Source of the DNA: Mobula hypostoma
Taxonomy: Eukaryota
Direction of reading: 5' to 3'
Assembly: GCF_963921235.1 (NCBI RefSeq)
Contig: NC_086097.1
Span: forward strand, 40,550,001-40,614,000
Length of the DNA: 64,000 nucleotides
The notes beneath the pieces are model-generated. The model did not search any database. It saw nothing but the letters and a program-made list of their open reading frames with translations, and was not told the origin of the DNA. Below, one piece after another: positions 24,686 to 37,506 of this stretch. How positions within the stretch are numbered: position 1 is the first letter of the stretch; each line of letters opens with the position of its first letter. A program made the position numbers and the translations under genes.

Positions 24686-26189
24686 CAAAGGGAAAGATTA
24701 GTTTGCATCAGTAATAAAGTACGACATCTATGAGATAAATGTATACTGGATGATGACTTGCAGTCATATTAATACATGCATCATGTCTACATAGGTCAGA
24801 TGCTAACCTAATTTGTATTATACCAACTATGAGAGATTCAGTTAATTTTACAAATTGGTGCATTTACTGTTGGATAGAAATGCAATGGATGCAGCTGTGC
24901 TATTCTTTATAAATATCTCTAATGAAAGAAAATTAGAGTAATTTTCAGTCCACAAAGAGCCCACCCTGCTCACGCGGCTTGCTGTTTTAGCTAGTAACTT
25001 AATCGCTGGACATCCCACAGAGTCCAACAGCTGAAGTAATTTTGAATTATTATGGCTGGAAATGTGGCTGCCAATTTGGAAGCAAGGATCCATGAACAGT
25101 TCAATACTAGTTGGGCTTAGGCCGATAAATTGAGAATAACTATTGTCCAGAATTCTTGCTTTTAATGATATTTAGATTCAAACAGCTTACTTGGATTTTA
25201 ATGCCCTATCAAAAAGCCTGCATGTCATTCAGTCATGCTGAGATATTAGATGTGTGATCAAGTGTCTGGAGTGTGAGTTATATGTTTAACCTCCTAACGT
25301 AATGGAATGGATGCTAACTGAAGAAGTTCTACTAATCCCTATAGGAAAAAATACACTTTTTATGCTAGTTATGAACAAGCTTTGTGTATTTTGTAGGGCT
25401 ATCATTTACAGAAACATGTAAAAACAAATTCATTTTATATTTACTGTTATTAACTTTCAAAACCTGATTGGTCATATTTACCACTGTGGATTGTGGATCA
25501 ACGTGGAAGCACACTCTGACTCAGCATAATAGGAAGCCCATCATACCAATCCTGACGCTTTCATGGGCTTTCCACGTGATCCCTCTCCTGTTTTGCAGCT
25601 CCAAATATTTATTCTGTTTGTTTTTGAGCATTATAATTGAACCTGCTTCCATCACTGCAGACTTGCCCCGAGTCCTTTTTAATTTGTAGTTCTATTCTTC
25701 ATTGTAGTGACAATGACTTCGCCTGTTAAATTTCATTTGACGTAGTTTGACTCTCATCATTAAATCTCCCCTGAAATCAGTGACTGTTTATTGTTTACTA
25801 AACCCCTCATTATCATTTCAAAGTGTCGGAATCGTGGCTTCAGTACCAAAATCCAAGGCATTTAAAGAGTAATATGCTTTGTACAGACCTCCTGGGGGAA
25901 ACAACTGTTTATTTTCCTTCAGTGTAGAAAATGTCCTTTCCAATTATTTTTCATCTAATTTTGTATTTCTGTTGTTTCCATGCCTAGTTTCCAAATGGTT
26001 CTTGTTTTCTGACTGACTGCATTCTATGTCCTCTTACCATCAATAATTATGGAGGTAGTCTCATGCAATTTCTTTGATCAATTAGTGGAGTACAAACACT
26101 GTAAAGAAACTGTCTTCTCCTTCAGCCACCTCCGCGTTGCTTGTATACTCAACATGTCACAGTTTCCAGTTGTACCTCCCATGGATATA

Positions 26190-27135
26190 AAGTATTGACA
26201 GAAACATCACCAAACAAAACAACATTCCTCTGGACCAAGATGCACAGTACATATAACACAACACTTAAAGTAATATTACCACAAATAAGTTAACAAATAG
26301 TAAGGTGCATTTATGACACAAGTTTAAAAAGTAAACCGTGTAGTGCTACTGGCACTTCATAAGTGATGAGACCTGGGTGGCAGCATAGAGTTCAGTCATC
26401 TCCCAGCCTGGGAGAAGAAGCTGTTTCCTATTCTAACAGTCCTTGTCCTAATGCTATGGTATCTTCCGCCTGATGGTAGGGGGTCACAGAGATTGTAGGA
26501 TGGACGGCAGAGATCATCGATGGTGCTAAGGGCCCTGCGTATGCAGCACTTCCGGTAAATATCCCTGATCATCCTCTCAGCAGTTCTTGCAATCCTTTGT
26601 AGGGACTTGTAATCAGATGTCTTGCAATTCCAATACCAGACGGCAATACAGCTAGTCAGGACAGTCTCACTATCGCTCCTGTAAAAATTGATCAGAATGG
26701 TGGGGGGTGGGGGGTGGGGCGGGGGGGGTGGTGTTGGGGAGCCTCACTTACCTCAATCTCAACGGGAAGTGCAGATGCTGCTATGCTTTCTTGACCAAAG
26801 AAGTGGTGTTGAGGGACCAGGTGAGGTTGTCTGTAATGTGCACTCCTAGAAACTTAGTGCACCTAACTCTCTCCATAGAGGAGCAATTTATGTTTACCAT
26901 TCTATCAGCCGATCCACCTCCTCTCTGTATGCCATCTTGGCAATATTACTGATGAGGCTAACCACTGTTGTGTCATCAGTGATCAGTGAACTTCATAACT
27001 TGGTTTAAACTGGATCTAGCCGTACAGTCATGCATCAGCAGTTATGGACAGCAGTGGGCTGAGCACACAGCCCTGGTAGGGGTGTGGGGGAAGGCAAGTG
27101 CTCAGCGTGATGGAGCTAGAGATGTTGCTGCCAAT
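26190..27135 (-). mobile_element. Rex1/Babar LINE relic with internal deletions
   Basis: GAAGAAGCTGTTT, CCTGATGGTAGGGG, GGGACCAGGTGAGGTTGTCTGTAATGTGCACTCC and GGGCTGAGCACACAGCCCTG (rc encodes QGCVLSP) parallel the element at 62891-64000. Confidence 0.75.
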
Positions 27136-29899
27136 TTAGATCCTTCGGCTTTTTCTACCATTGAACTGATGATCTGGACCTTAACATCCTCTTCTTATGT
27201 TTTACATTCTTTTTACCAAATAACATTCTATCTATTCGTTATGAAAAGTCCAATGATCTTAGCATCAATGCTTTTTATTTGATGGTGAAGGAATGGAAAA
27301 GTGCACCAGATTTTCATTGATCTTTGCCTGGGTGATGGTAAATATGCTGGTTTTCCACTGGTAAAATAGCTCAGATTTTAAAAGTTTTATGACCTCTTGT
27401 GATGGATCATCTAGTGGAAAGCTTAACTAAACCCTGTAGATTTAAAAATAAAAATATATTTATTTTTGTTAAATCCCATATTCATAAATGTACATTACTT
27501 TGTATCTGGATATCAGTGCACTTTAAGCCTTAGTATCCTTCTACTGAATCTACAGTCTATTCACTATTGGATCAATAAATCTTGCTGAGAGTCAATGCAC
27601 ATACTCAAGCATATTCTTGTGAATTGATCTGATCAAGCCTGTCTTACAAGTGAAACATTGCTTCTCAATTTTTAATCCCCAAAACAATTGATGCATTAAC
27701 CTTGATGATTACATTTGGCATGTGTGAGTTTGCTTTTAGTTTTGTATATGCAGAGATAAATCTTATCGCTCTTTCACTTTTCCTAATCTCTAATCAGTAA
27801 GCAAATTTTCTAATCTGTCCAACGCAAACCCAAAGTGGCTGACTATACATCATGCTTTGAACACCATTTGCCATATTTTTTGCCTATTTACTCCCCCCCC
27901 CCGCTTGCTGAATTATTCTCCCTCTTTCTATAAATTAGTTTGTCCCTCTAAGTCCATCTCCGATTCAGATTTGTGAAACTCCATTACTTCATTCCTTTAA
28001 CATAATGAAAATGAAAAATTTCAGACCCCAGTACAGGTCCACTTGTCATATTCCATCAATCTTAAAATGACCCCTTTATCCCCATCCCTCTGTATTCTAT
28101 ATCCTTCAGCAATCCAGATTGTTCTCAATCTGTGCACTTTTTAATTTAGCTGACAATTCCCTTATTCACCAAGTTAGTGACCACCATAACTTCATAGATA
28201 AATCCTGACGTCTATGCTAACTCTTATGCTTGAATGCCCATCAGCTTGAGGACTGTATGCATATTTCTGATCACCCCTTATGGGAAGGATGTGGTTGCAC
28301 TGTAGAAAGCAGATTTCTAAAGATGTTACCAGGACTGGAAAATTACAAGGGGGTAAGAAAAGGTTGGATGTTAGGATGGTTTGCTTTGGAGTAATGGAGG
28401 TTGAGAAGAGACTTGCTTAAGGGAGAATGAATTGGAAGAACTTCTATCTCTTGGAGGCTGGAATATCAGGGGAATGGTTTTAAATTAATTGCTAGGAAAA
28501 TTGCAGGGGAGATGAGGATTTTGTTTTACCCAGTTGTATGCACATGTCTGGAACATGCTGTCTGAAAAGATGGATTAAAACATTCATCACATTTATAAAA
28601 TGCATGAATGTTGCTCCCTTCTGAGTCATAAATTTTTTCCATGATGTAATTCTGTTTCTATTCACTTGATGGGATGTGAGCAGTCTTGGTTTATTCCTGG
28701 AGATCATGTTAATTTGATCACCTTATCATTTGCAGTTTATCCATCCTGAATCACAAAACTGAAGAACTCTAATTTGCCCCTAATCCCCTTTAGATGATAA
28801 TCATTGGGTCCCAGAGATTTGACTATCTTAAATTCTGTTTCAAGGGGTATACAATCCTCTGTTTCTCCTTGACTTAGGTTTGGGTTCCCTTGTATTTCCC
28901 AGTATTGTATTCTCTTTCTCTACTCTGATAATTATCTAGACTGTTTGGTTAATCAGATAAATTGTTGCTTTTTCAATAGTTCTGTATGCTGCGTGTTGGG
29001 CACAATTCCTTTTTACCACTTTGTCAGTGGTTTTCAGTAAATTTTAATAGCCTTTATAAGGTATTGCAGCTTTCTATCTTTGTGCTTCCCTCTTGGTATT
29101 TTAATTGCATTTTATCATTTTATTTTATTCTGCTGGGTTTCTATTTCTTGTTTTTCTGTAGACTTTTTCATTTCACTTGATACTGTCTCCTTGCTGAACC
29201 ACGAGTGAAGCTTTTCTCTTTAACGTGTACATATTAGTTTGCAGTGAAATAACCTATTCAAATATTATGTTAGATTCAGATTTATTTGTTATCTCCAGTA
29301 GTGCACAAAAGACTTCCAGCCAGATTCAGTAGTCTTACATGATTCAATGCTTTTAGTGCATTTAAGTTTTTAGATTCTTCTGTTTAATTGTCCTCTAAGC
29401 TTTCCTTTGTCTTATTTATTACTCTAGATTTTTAATGTTTCCTGACTTCTACTACATCATAAACCTTTCCTTTTTTTCCCTTCACTCTTTTTCTTTCATC
29501 TTATAATTTTTTCAGTCCTGATGAAATGTCATCTGCTTGAAGTGCTAATTCTATTTCTCTCTCCACTGATGCCGCCTGACCTGCTGAGTGTTTCACGGCA
29601 ATTTGTCTTATCATTTCAACCCTATTTCCTGTAGCCAAGTTAATGTTCCTTGTGGGAAATCTGGGTTGCTGTTGATCATTAATAAAATCTGGATGTGTCT
29701 GTGTAGACTTACTGCTGGGTTATGGGATAGTGTTGGTTAATGCTGCCTATTACTGCTCTTTAATAGATGAGCTCAGCAATGCTCTGAGCTGATAAGTATT
29801 TTAATAAAGTATTCCATTGCCTATCACACATTAAGGCTATCCATTAGTCTTCTATTCAATTATATACATCTGCAAAGTAGTCAAATATATTAATATATT

Positions 29900-30130
29900 T
29901 GTTATACAAATTTGTCTAAATCAAGGGTGCCAAAACAGTCATGAGAGAATGATGAGAAAATTTTATCTAGTATTGGCTAAGATGTCTGCAGAACTTCTCT
30001 GTTTTGGTCTCTTATAAAAAGTTTGACAGAAAGTTGGTTTAATGGTTTGTTCCACAGATGCATTGTACTGTCATGTTAGTCTAAGTTATGTGCTTGAGTC
30101 TTGGGGTAAGGCTTGAATCCACAGCCATGT
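29900..30130 (-). mobile_element. Old DeuSINE/SacSINE1-like SINE remnant
   Basis: TTATGTGCTTGAGTCTTGGGGTAAGGCTTGAATCCACAGCC resembles the rc of the tRNA-derived head as I recall it for this family; highly diverged. Confidence 0.4.
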
Positions 30131-30231
30131 TTAACCATGTTAAAGCTAAGTCTTAGTCCGTCAGACTTCAACACTAGCCAAGCCAAAAGTGGGGTGCCGC
30201 AAGCATTTAAGTTTTTGAATATATTCTATGT

Positions 30232-30950
30232 TACACACACAAAATGCTGGAGGAACTGAGCAGGACAGGTAGCATCTATGTTTCAGGCTGAGACCCTTCA
30301 TCAGGACTGGAAAGGAAGGGAGAAGAAGCCAGTACAATACAAGAAGATGTGAGAAGGGGAGGATGAAGTACAAGGTGGCAGGTGATAGGTGAAATTGGGA
30401 GAAGGGGTGGGGTGTAGATAAGAGCTGGGAAGTTGATCGGTGGAAGAGAGAAAGGGCTGGAGAAAGGGGAATCTGATAAGAGAGGACAGGAAACCATGGA
30501 AGAAAGGGAAGCAGAAGGAGCCCCAGAGGGAGGTGATGGGCAGGTAAGGATAGAATCTGTGAGAGGGAAGTGGAAATCCAGAATGACAATGTGGGGGGGG
30601 GGGTGGAATTACAGAAATTTCAAGAAATTAATGTTCGTGCCATCAGGTTGGAAGCTACCCAAACAGAATATGAGGTGTTGCACCTCCAATCTGAGTGTGG
30701 TCTTATCATGGCAGGAGAGGAGGCCATGGACTGATGTGCTGGAATGGGAAGTCGAATCAAAATAGGTGGCCACTGGGAAATCCCACTTTTTGATGTGGAC
30801 GGAGTGAAGATGCGGATATACAGGAGGCCACACCGGGAGCATTGGATACAGTAGATGACCCCAGCAGAATTGCTGGGGAAGTGTCGCCTCACCTGGAAGG
30901 ACTGTTTGGGGCCTTGAATGGAGGGAGGAGGTGTAGGGGTTATTAGCGGT
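30232..30950 (-). mobile_element. Penelope-like element: GIY-YIG endonuclease relic plus pseudo-LTR
   Basis: Minus-strand peptides IQGPKQSFQVRRHFPSNSAGVIYCIQCSRCGLLYI and DFPVATYFDSTSHS..RLEVQHLIFCLGSFQPDGTNINF. Downstream terminus has AGTC CTGATGA A GGGT CTCA GCCT GAAAC with the cleavage site deleted. Confidence 0.9.
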
Positions 30951-32519
30951 GTACAGAACATCTCTATCAATGTTGTGTGTGTGTGTACTTGCCATGTGAG
31001 GAAATGGTGTCCCACTTGTGAAGTCTTTTCAGTACTTCGGTCTGGAGACTGATGCAAGATAAAAGTTGCCAGGGTTGCACTGGTATTGACCCTGACCCTC
31101 TGCTTAGTGTAGCTGAGAAAATCAGAAATTGTGGATGGATTGGACCTTCGCATGACTGACAGGTTCTGTTCACAACCAAATTGAACATGTTTTAAAGTGT
31201 TATGGCCCTTGCTCACCTTTGCTAAAGCTTTGTAACTGAAAAAGGGAAAATAGAACCTGCAACAAAAACCCTTTGGCAGGGATGTACTTCGGCACAACAC
31301 AAGGTAATGTCTTTGACATGAGAATCAAAAGAAGCTCCCTTGGCTTTGGGATGCTTTTATCACCATAGAAGTGGTAATTATTTGGTTTCTGTTGCATGGA
31401 AGTGATTTTACAAGTGGCAGTTGTTGTAATTTTTTTTTATGTAAATAAAGACACATCCCTGTGAAAATATATTGAAGGCTGAAATAGAAAATTCCGGAAA
31501 TACTTGAGGATTGAGGCCAGCTGTGGAGGGCAAAACAGCTTTTGTTTCCAGTGTCTGGCAAAGATTAGTTTTGCTATGAAATTACTGATTAAACTATTAA
31601 TCCATTTCTCTCCACAATAGGTGCTGTTTGATTTGTTGAGGAAACAATGTCAGTAGGTTCAAAAGTACTAATGAAATTGGAAATACAAACCTCACTTTAG
31701 GGCTGTTTGGATAACAGAAATTCTCCCTAACTGAATTCACAAATCACTAACAAAAACATGGGAGTATGGAACGAAAATTTGCTCTTACAAAGTTTATGTG
31801 AAGAAATTAGATACACAGTTTTAAGCTCACATTTCTGGATGCATGTGATGATGGCATGGCTTTGCATCATGGAGGATCACGATAAAGACAGTTTTCTTGG
31901 AGCTGGAGATGCATTTGCTTCAAAGATTCACAAGAGTATTTTAAACAAAAAAAATGCGAAATGCAAGGAACAGTGCAAGTTGGAAAATATTGTGTTAATT
32001 ATTAGTATTCACTGTATCGTATCCTACTTATTAGAAGGTGGTGATTTGCTGTGCTGTCATGTTGAAACCAGGCAGTTTGTGCAGTGAACAACGTTCTTCC
32101 GATATGGTCAAATATACAGTTCCAGTCCTGCAGCTAATGAAAATGCATGATCAAGTCAGACTGATGTATGGTATGGTTAGTGGTGGTTGTAGTTTGAGAG
32201 AAAGGCATCTTAGTAAGTTGTAGTCTATTCTGTAGAAGGGAGACCTGTACCTATGTTGCAAATGAAATAATTGCGTTGCCACAATATTGAACTTTGAGCG
32301 TCATTGCAGATGTATCTTGTCAGGCAAAGGGAGGCTGCTCCATACTGCTGCTTTTCACCTCTTAAGTTTGTTAATTTAAGTCTTTGTCCAGGAATAAGAG
32401 AGCCCTCAGTACCAGCCTAGAATTTCACATGGTATCCAAATATGCTGTCCTGTTGGAAGTGGTGATTTTTGGTTGAGAATATACTAAAGTTGGGCTTCAG
32501 CTTACTGGTAGTTCAAGAG

Positions 32520-33325
32520 GCAAGAACTATGACTAAAAACATTATTAATACTTCTTTGCTGAGGTAAATTTTTGTAAACTATCACTACAAACAATGAAGA
32601 GGTAAGCAAAAGTGAAGCTGACTTGAGAGATGGATGTCGGAGTTAAAAAAAAAGGAGCTGGAGTGATTCAGAGAGGAGTTGTGGTGGAGAAGTTTCAGTG
32701 CCCATCCACCTAAACCGGGACTGAGGTTAGATTGATCTAAGCACTGAGCTGATTTGGAAAGGTCAAGAACGACTTCATGCTAGGTGGCAAGGTCTAGGCC
32801 CAGAGTGTATTGCTGCAGCAGGTCCTGGGTCCTGGTGCACGGCATGATCTGGTGTTTGGACCATTTAAACGCTGGGCCAGTTAGACTGGAAAGACGGGGT
32901 GTTGGGACTGGAGCTGAGGGTCGGGCCAATTCTGCTTGGTCTCCTGTGTTGTTTGCTGCTCTCTCCGCAGCGCTGAGGCTGTGACACTGTGAGGCTGCTG
33001 CAAGCTTCATGTCTGCAAACTTGGCAGTAATTTGCTCCGCTATATGATGAACTGAGACCGAGGCTATGTGCAGACTCTGGCTGCGCTGGGATTCTAGTCT
33101 ATAGACTCAATTTGGTTCAGAAAGCTGTTGCTTGCTTTTATTGCTTGCATGATTTGTGTTTTTTTCCCCCCTTTGTCTGCATATTGGATGTTGGTCTTTT
33201 TTTTTTAAAAATTGGGTTCTTTCAGGTTTCTTGCTTTTTGGCTGCCAGTAAGGGGACAAATCTCAATGTTGTATAATTTATACATACTTTGATAATAAAT
33301 GAACTTTAAACTTTGAACTTTGAAT
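32520..33325 (+). mobile_element. Non-coding retroelement with Rex-type tail
   Basis: Ends TTTGATAATAAATGAACTTTAAACTTTGAACTTTGAA; GC-richer non-coding body. 5' boundary uncertain. Confidence 0.55.
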
Positions 33326-34284
33326 TCAAATATCCCGTGGCATTATTTTTGAACAACAGATAACTTATTCCTGGTGTTCTAGACAGGACTTATTCTTGGA
33401 TCAACATTGTCAGGGGATATGATCTAGTCTCTAATACGTTGCTCTGTTGCCTAGAATTTGCATGTGTTTGCACCTGTTTTTCAAGTGGTCAAATCAAGCG
33501 TGGATTTGTTTTCTTTTCTGCTGTAGATCTCAACAGTGACTGCAACTGGGTGAAATTTGCACCCATTGGGAAAATGGCCCAGGTACTTTTTTGTGTAATC
33601 TCCTTCATGTATGATAGTTCCTAGCATCGGCTGCGTACCTACCGATATTATGAGTTGTGCTTCATTTGTGCCTTCCCTTCTCTGCATAAACATACAATTC
33701 GGCTACAACCTAGGATCTTCACGGATTCCTTTACAGATACAACTGGGAGAATCTTGGGCTAGTTTGTTGCATTTGTATTCATTTAAAGGGACATTCTGAC
33801 ATTCGGAGACCTGACTAAACAGCTTCAAAACTTACTGCATGTTACTTTCTAAAGTTGGGAGTGTGATTAAAGTAAGAGTATCTGTTGAATCCATGGTGCT
33901 TCTGTGCTATTGCTGGCAGCATTCCTTTGGCAGCCTTTCAGGTTGAGACATGGCAGGGTTTGCATTAATGGCAGCAGCTTATCTCTGAACAATGACTGAT
34001 ATTGTTTGCTTTTAATGTGAGAGGCATGATTCAATAGAACTGCATTCGGAATTGAAAATTACATTATGCAAGGATTGGAAATCATTTATAAAAGTGCACA
34101 GCCTTGTGCTTTTCCCAGCTCTCAGTCTTGCATGTGGGTTTCAAAATATTGCTGATAAATTGCTTTGTCACCTTTGTCGTTGCTCGGAGGCTCCTCTCTT
34201 TCACTTTGAGAGCAGAGTTACACTCTTGACTAGATGGGCTGGCTTCAGACTGCACCCCGAGGCCTACTGAATGAGCACTTCCAC

Positions 34285-34640
34285 TCACTACCGACCCTTG
34301 GCCCACGATGTTGTACTGACATTTTAACCTCCTCCAAAATTAATCTAACCCTTCTCTCCCACAGAGTATTCCATTTATCCTTCATCCATGTGTCTATCTA
34401 AAAGTCTCCTTTAATATTCTTAATGTATCTGCCTTGACTACAATGCCCGGCAGTGTGTTCCATGCACTTTACTTATCACTCTTTCTTGTAACACCTACCT
34501 CTACCACCCCGCTATACTTTCCTCTCATTACCTTAGAATTATATTCTTACATACTAAGCATTGCCACCCTGGACAAAGCTGCTGGTTATCCACACTCTTT
34601 ATGCCTCTTCATCTTGTACACCTCTACCAAGTGGCCTCTA
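34285..34640 (-). mobile_element. CR1 3' fragment, decayed
   Basis: CCTTCATCCATGTGTCTATCTAAAAGTCTC and CATCTTGTACACCTCTACCAAGT parallel the copy at 23473-23860. Confidence 0.7.
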
Positions 34641-35816
34641 TGTATGTAGAGGCACATAGAGATGTGTATGCTTTACAGAGAGTTGTGGAGAGATTTATAG
34701 GAATGGTTTCACTGAAAGGAGATTGAATATGATGGATCATGCAGATGCGAGATCAGGGTGGAAATTAGCAGAAAAGTGGTGTCATTTTGACTTTGGCCTC
34801 CGTCCGCTTGTATTTAGCCCTAATGAAGGTTCTTGGCCTGAAATATCAACTGTTTATTTTCCTCCATAGATGTTGCCTAAGCTACTGAGTTGTGGCATTT
34901 TGTCTGTTGACATTTATGAGTTCTGATTTTGTGCAATGCAGTCACTGATGTATTGAAAATGTATTGATGTATTTGGTCTCTGTTCAAAGAAGAAATGGAG
35001 GACCCTCAGACCTTGTTGATATGGGATGGGAGTGTAAAGGGGTTAAACAAATCATGGGTCGAGGTTAGGAGGGGGAATAAGAAGAATAAAGTAATAGAGA
35101 GCACCGCTGTGGCTGTGGCGCTTGACAATAAGTACTCCTATTTGAGTACTGTTGGGGGGGACAGCATACCTGGGGGAAGCAACAGCGGCCGTGCCTCTGG
35201 CACAGAGTCCAGCCCTGTAGCTAAGAAGGGTAGGGAACAGAAGAGGAGGGCAGTAGTAATAGTTAGGGGGTCAGATAGACGATTCTGTGGACGAAGTCAG
35301 GAGACCCGGATGGTCGTTTGCCTCCCTGGTGCCAGGGTCTGTGATGTTTCTGATCGCGTTCAAGAGATCTTGAAGTGAGAGGGAGAGGAGCCAGAGGTCG
35401 TGGTACGTATAGGTACCAATGACATAGGTTGGAAAAAGGGAGATGTCCTGAAAGAAGAATATAGGGAGTTAGGAAGGGAGTTGAAAAAAAGGATGACAAA
35501 GGTAGTAATCTCGGGATTACTGCCTGTGCCACGCGACAGTGAGAGTAGGAATGCAATGAGGTGGAGGATAAATGCGTGGCTGAGGGATTGGAGCAAGGGG
35601 CAGGGATTCGGGTTTTTGGATCATTGGGACCACTATTGGCGCAGGTGTGACCTGTACAAAAGGGACGGGTTGCACTTGAATCATAGGGGGACCAATATCC
35701 TGGCGGGGAGATTTGCGAGGGCTACCAAGGTGACTTTAAACTAGAATGGTTGGGGGGAAGGAGTCAAATTAAGGAGACTAGGAGAGGGTTAATGTAAGGG
35801 AAAAAGAAGAAGATAA

Positions 35817-36202
35817 CAACGCAAACACGAGGAATTCTGCAGATGCTGGAAATTCAAGCAACACAGATGAAAGTTGCTGGTGAACGCAGCAGCCAAGCAG
35901 CATCTCTAGGAAGAGGTACAGTCGACGTTTCAGGCCGAGACTCTTCGTCAGGACTAACTGAAGAAAGAGCTAGTAAGAGATTTAAGAGGGGGAGGGGGAG
36001 ATCCGAAATGACAGGAGAAGACAGGAGTGGGAGGGATGGAGCCAAGAGCTTGGACAGGTGATTGGCAAAAGGGTGATAGCGAGTCTGAGTCAAAATGTGG
36101 TCGAAAAGTTGAAGAGCCGAAGAAATTACAGATGGGGAGCAGTGAGAGATGGTTTCACTGAACTCCCGTCGAAGAAAAGATTTAAACTTCTTCAGTGTAA
36201 AC
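35817..36202 (-). mobile_element. Penelope-derived insert (pseudo-LTR with hammerhead motif, probably joined to the ORF start)
   Basis: 35820-35955 is close to the rc of 11905-12040; hammerhead motif at rc 35920-35955. 36075-36202 (TLKKFKSFLRREFSETISHCSPSVISSALQLFDHILTQTRYH) is tentatively the element's N-terminus. Confidence 0.8.
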
Positions 36203-36286
36203 AAAGTTGTTTGCTCAATTATGGATAAACAGAGTGGGAGGGGGAGAGTTTCTTAAATGCATCTATTTTAATGTTAGCATTGTAAG

Positions 36287-36784
36287 TGTTACATGATCAA
36301 GGAGATCTGTTTTTTTTAGTGAGAATGATGTAATGGTCTTTTGGAGGTCACCTGATGTGATTTTCCTGCCGATGTGAGGTCACATGATGACATGTGCCTC
36401 GTGACTATATAAGGGTCGACCCAGGTGACGCAGGGGTTTTTTTTAGTTTGTAGATTTCCAGGTAGAGCGTGCTGTATCTCCGTTTCTGTTGTGTGTTTGT
36501 TTTTGGTGATGCAGTTTCATTTTTAAAACGGAGTGTGCGTTCTGTTGCAAAATTCCATATTATTTGGACTGGAAATTTTTGCTAGATGTGTTGATTTACT
36601 CAATTCCAACATTAGAAGGGAGAGTGAAGAACTTATTGAAGCTACAGGATGGAAGGATCAAGAGGTGTCGGCATCATTTGGCAGTTTAATAAAGGATCGA
36701 CCTTATTGAGTCTTCACTGGAGGAGTAGCTACCGGCATCGAGATAACTCTTGCCACAAAGAGCAAGGAGTTCATGCAAAAAGGT

Positions 36785-36863
<79 letters not shown>

Positions 36864-36912
36864 CTTTCTCTCTCTTTCTCTCTCTTTCTCTTTCTCTCTC
36901 TTTCTCTCTCTT

Positions 36913-36993
<81 letters not shown>

Positions 36994-37506
36994 CTTTCTC
37001 TCTCTTTCTCTCTCTTTCTCTCTCTTTCTCTCTCTTTCTCTCTCTTTCTCTCTCTTTCTCTCTCTTTCTCTCTCTTTCTCTCTCTTTCTCTCTCTTTCTT
37101 TCTCTCTCTCTCTTTTCTCCCCCCCCCCAAGGAATTTAAAGTCAGTTGATTTAGACTGTTTATTTTCGGCATTGTGAATCCTGTGGACAGAACCAGCAGT
37201 AAAATTGCGTCTGAAGAAATCCTTCTCCAGAGAAGTCTCTCCCAATTGAACGTGTAAATCTGTTGGACTTTCGAAGTTATCGCTTTAAGAACTATATTTG
37301 ACTTTATTGCTTTAAGAACTGTTTTCGCATTTAACGCTTTAAGAACCAGAGCTGAGTGTCAAGTTGGTGAACGGCTGCATATCTGTTAACTTCCGGTTAA
37401 AGTTTTCGTTTGTTTTTTCCTTATCATTTATCCGTGTTTAATAAATGTTTGGTTGTTTTTATATAACCTGTCTCGATTGATATTCATTGTTGCTGTTTAC
37501 GTAACA
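36287..37506 (+). mobile_element. Solo LTR (Gypsy/ERV-type)
   Basis: Termini TGTTAC...GTAACA; 4-bp TSD TAAG (36283-36286, 37507-37510); TATATAA at 36406-36412; AATAAA at 37440-37445. Removing it restores CR1 ORF2 SIVRKVDELRAW. Confidence 0.88.
36791..37112. repeat. Compound (CT)n / (CTCTCTCTTT)n microsatellite inside the solo LTR
   Basis: About 320 nt of pure pyrimidine on the + strand. Confidence 0.97.

Noticed and set aside
35400..35744. Stand-alone SGNH esterase gene
   Set aside because: It is the CR1 ORF1 esterase domain, in the expected position upstream of ORF2.
36649..37245. SLSL and ERER ORFs
   Set aside because: Translations of the (CT)n microsatellite.
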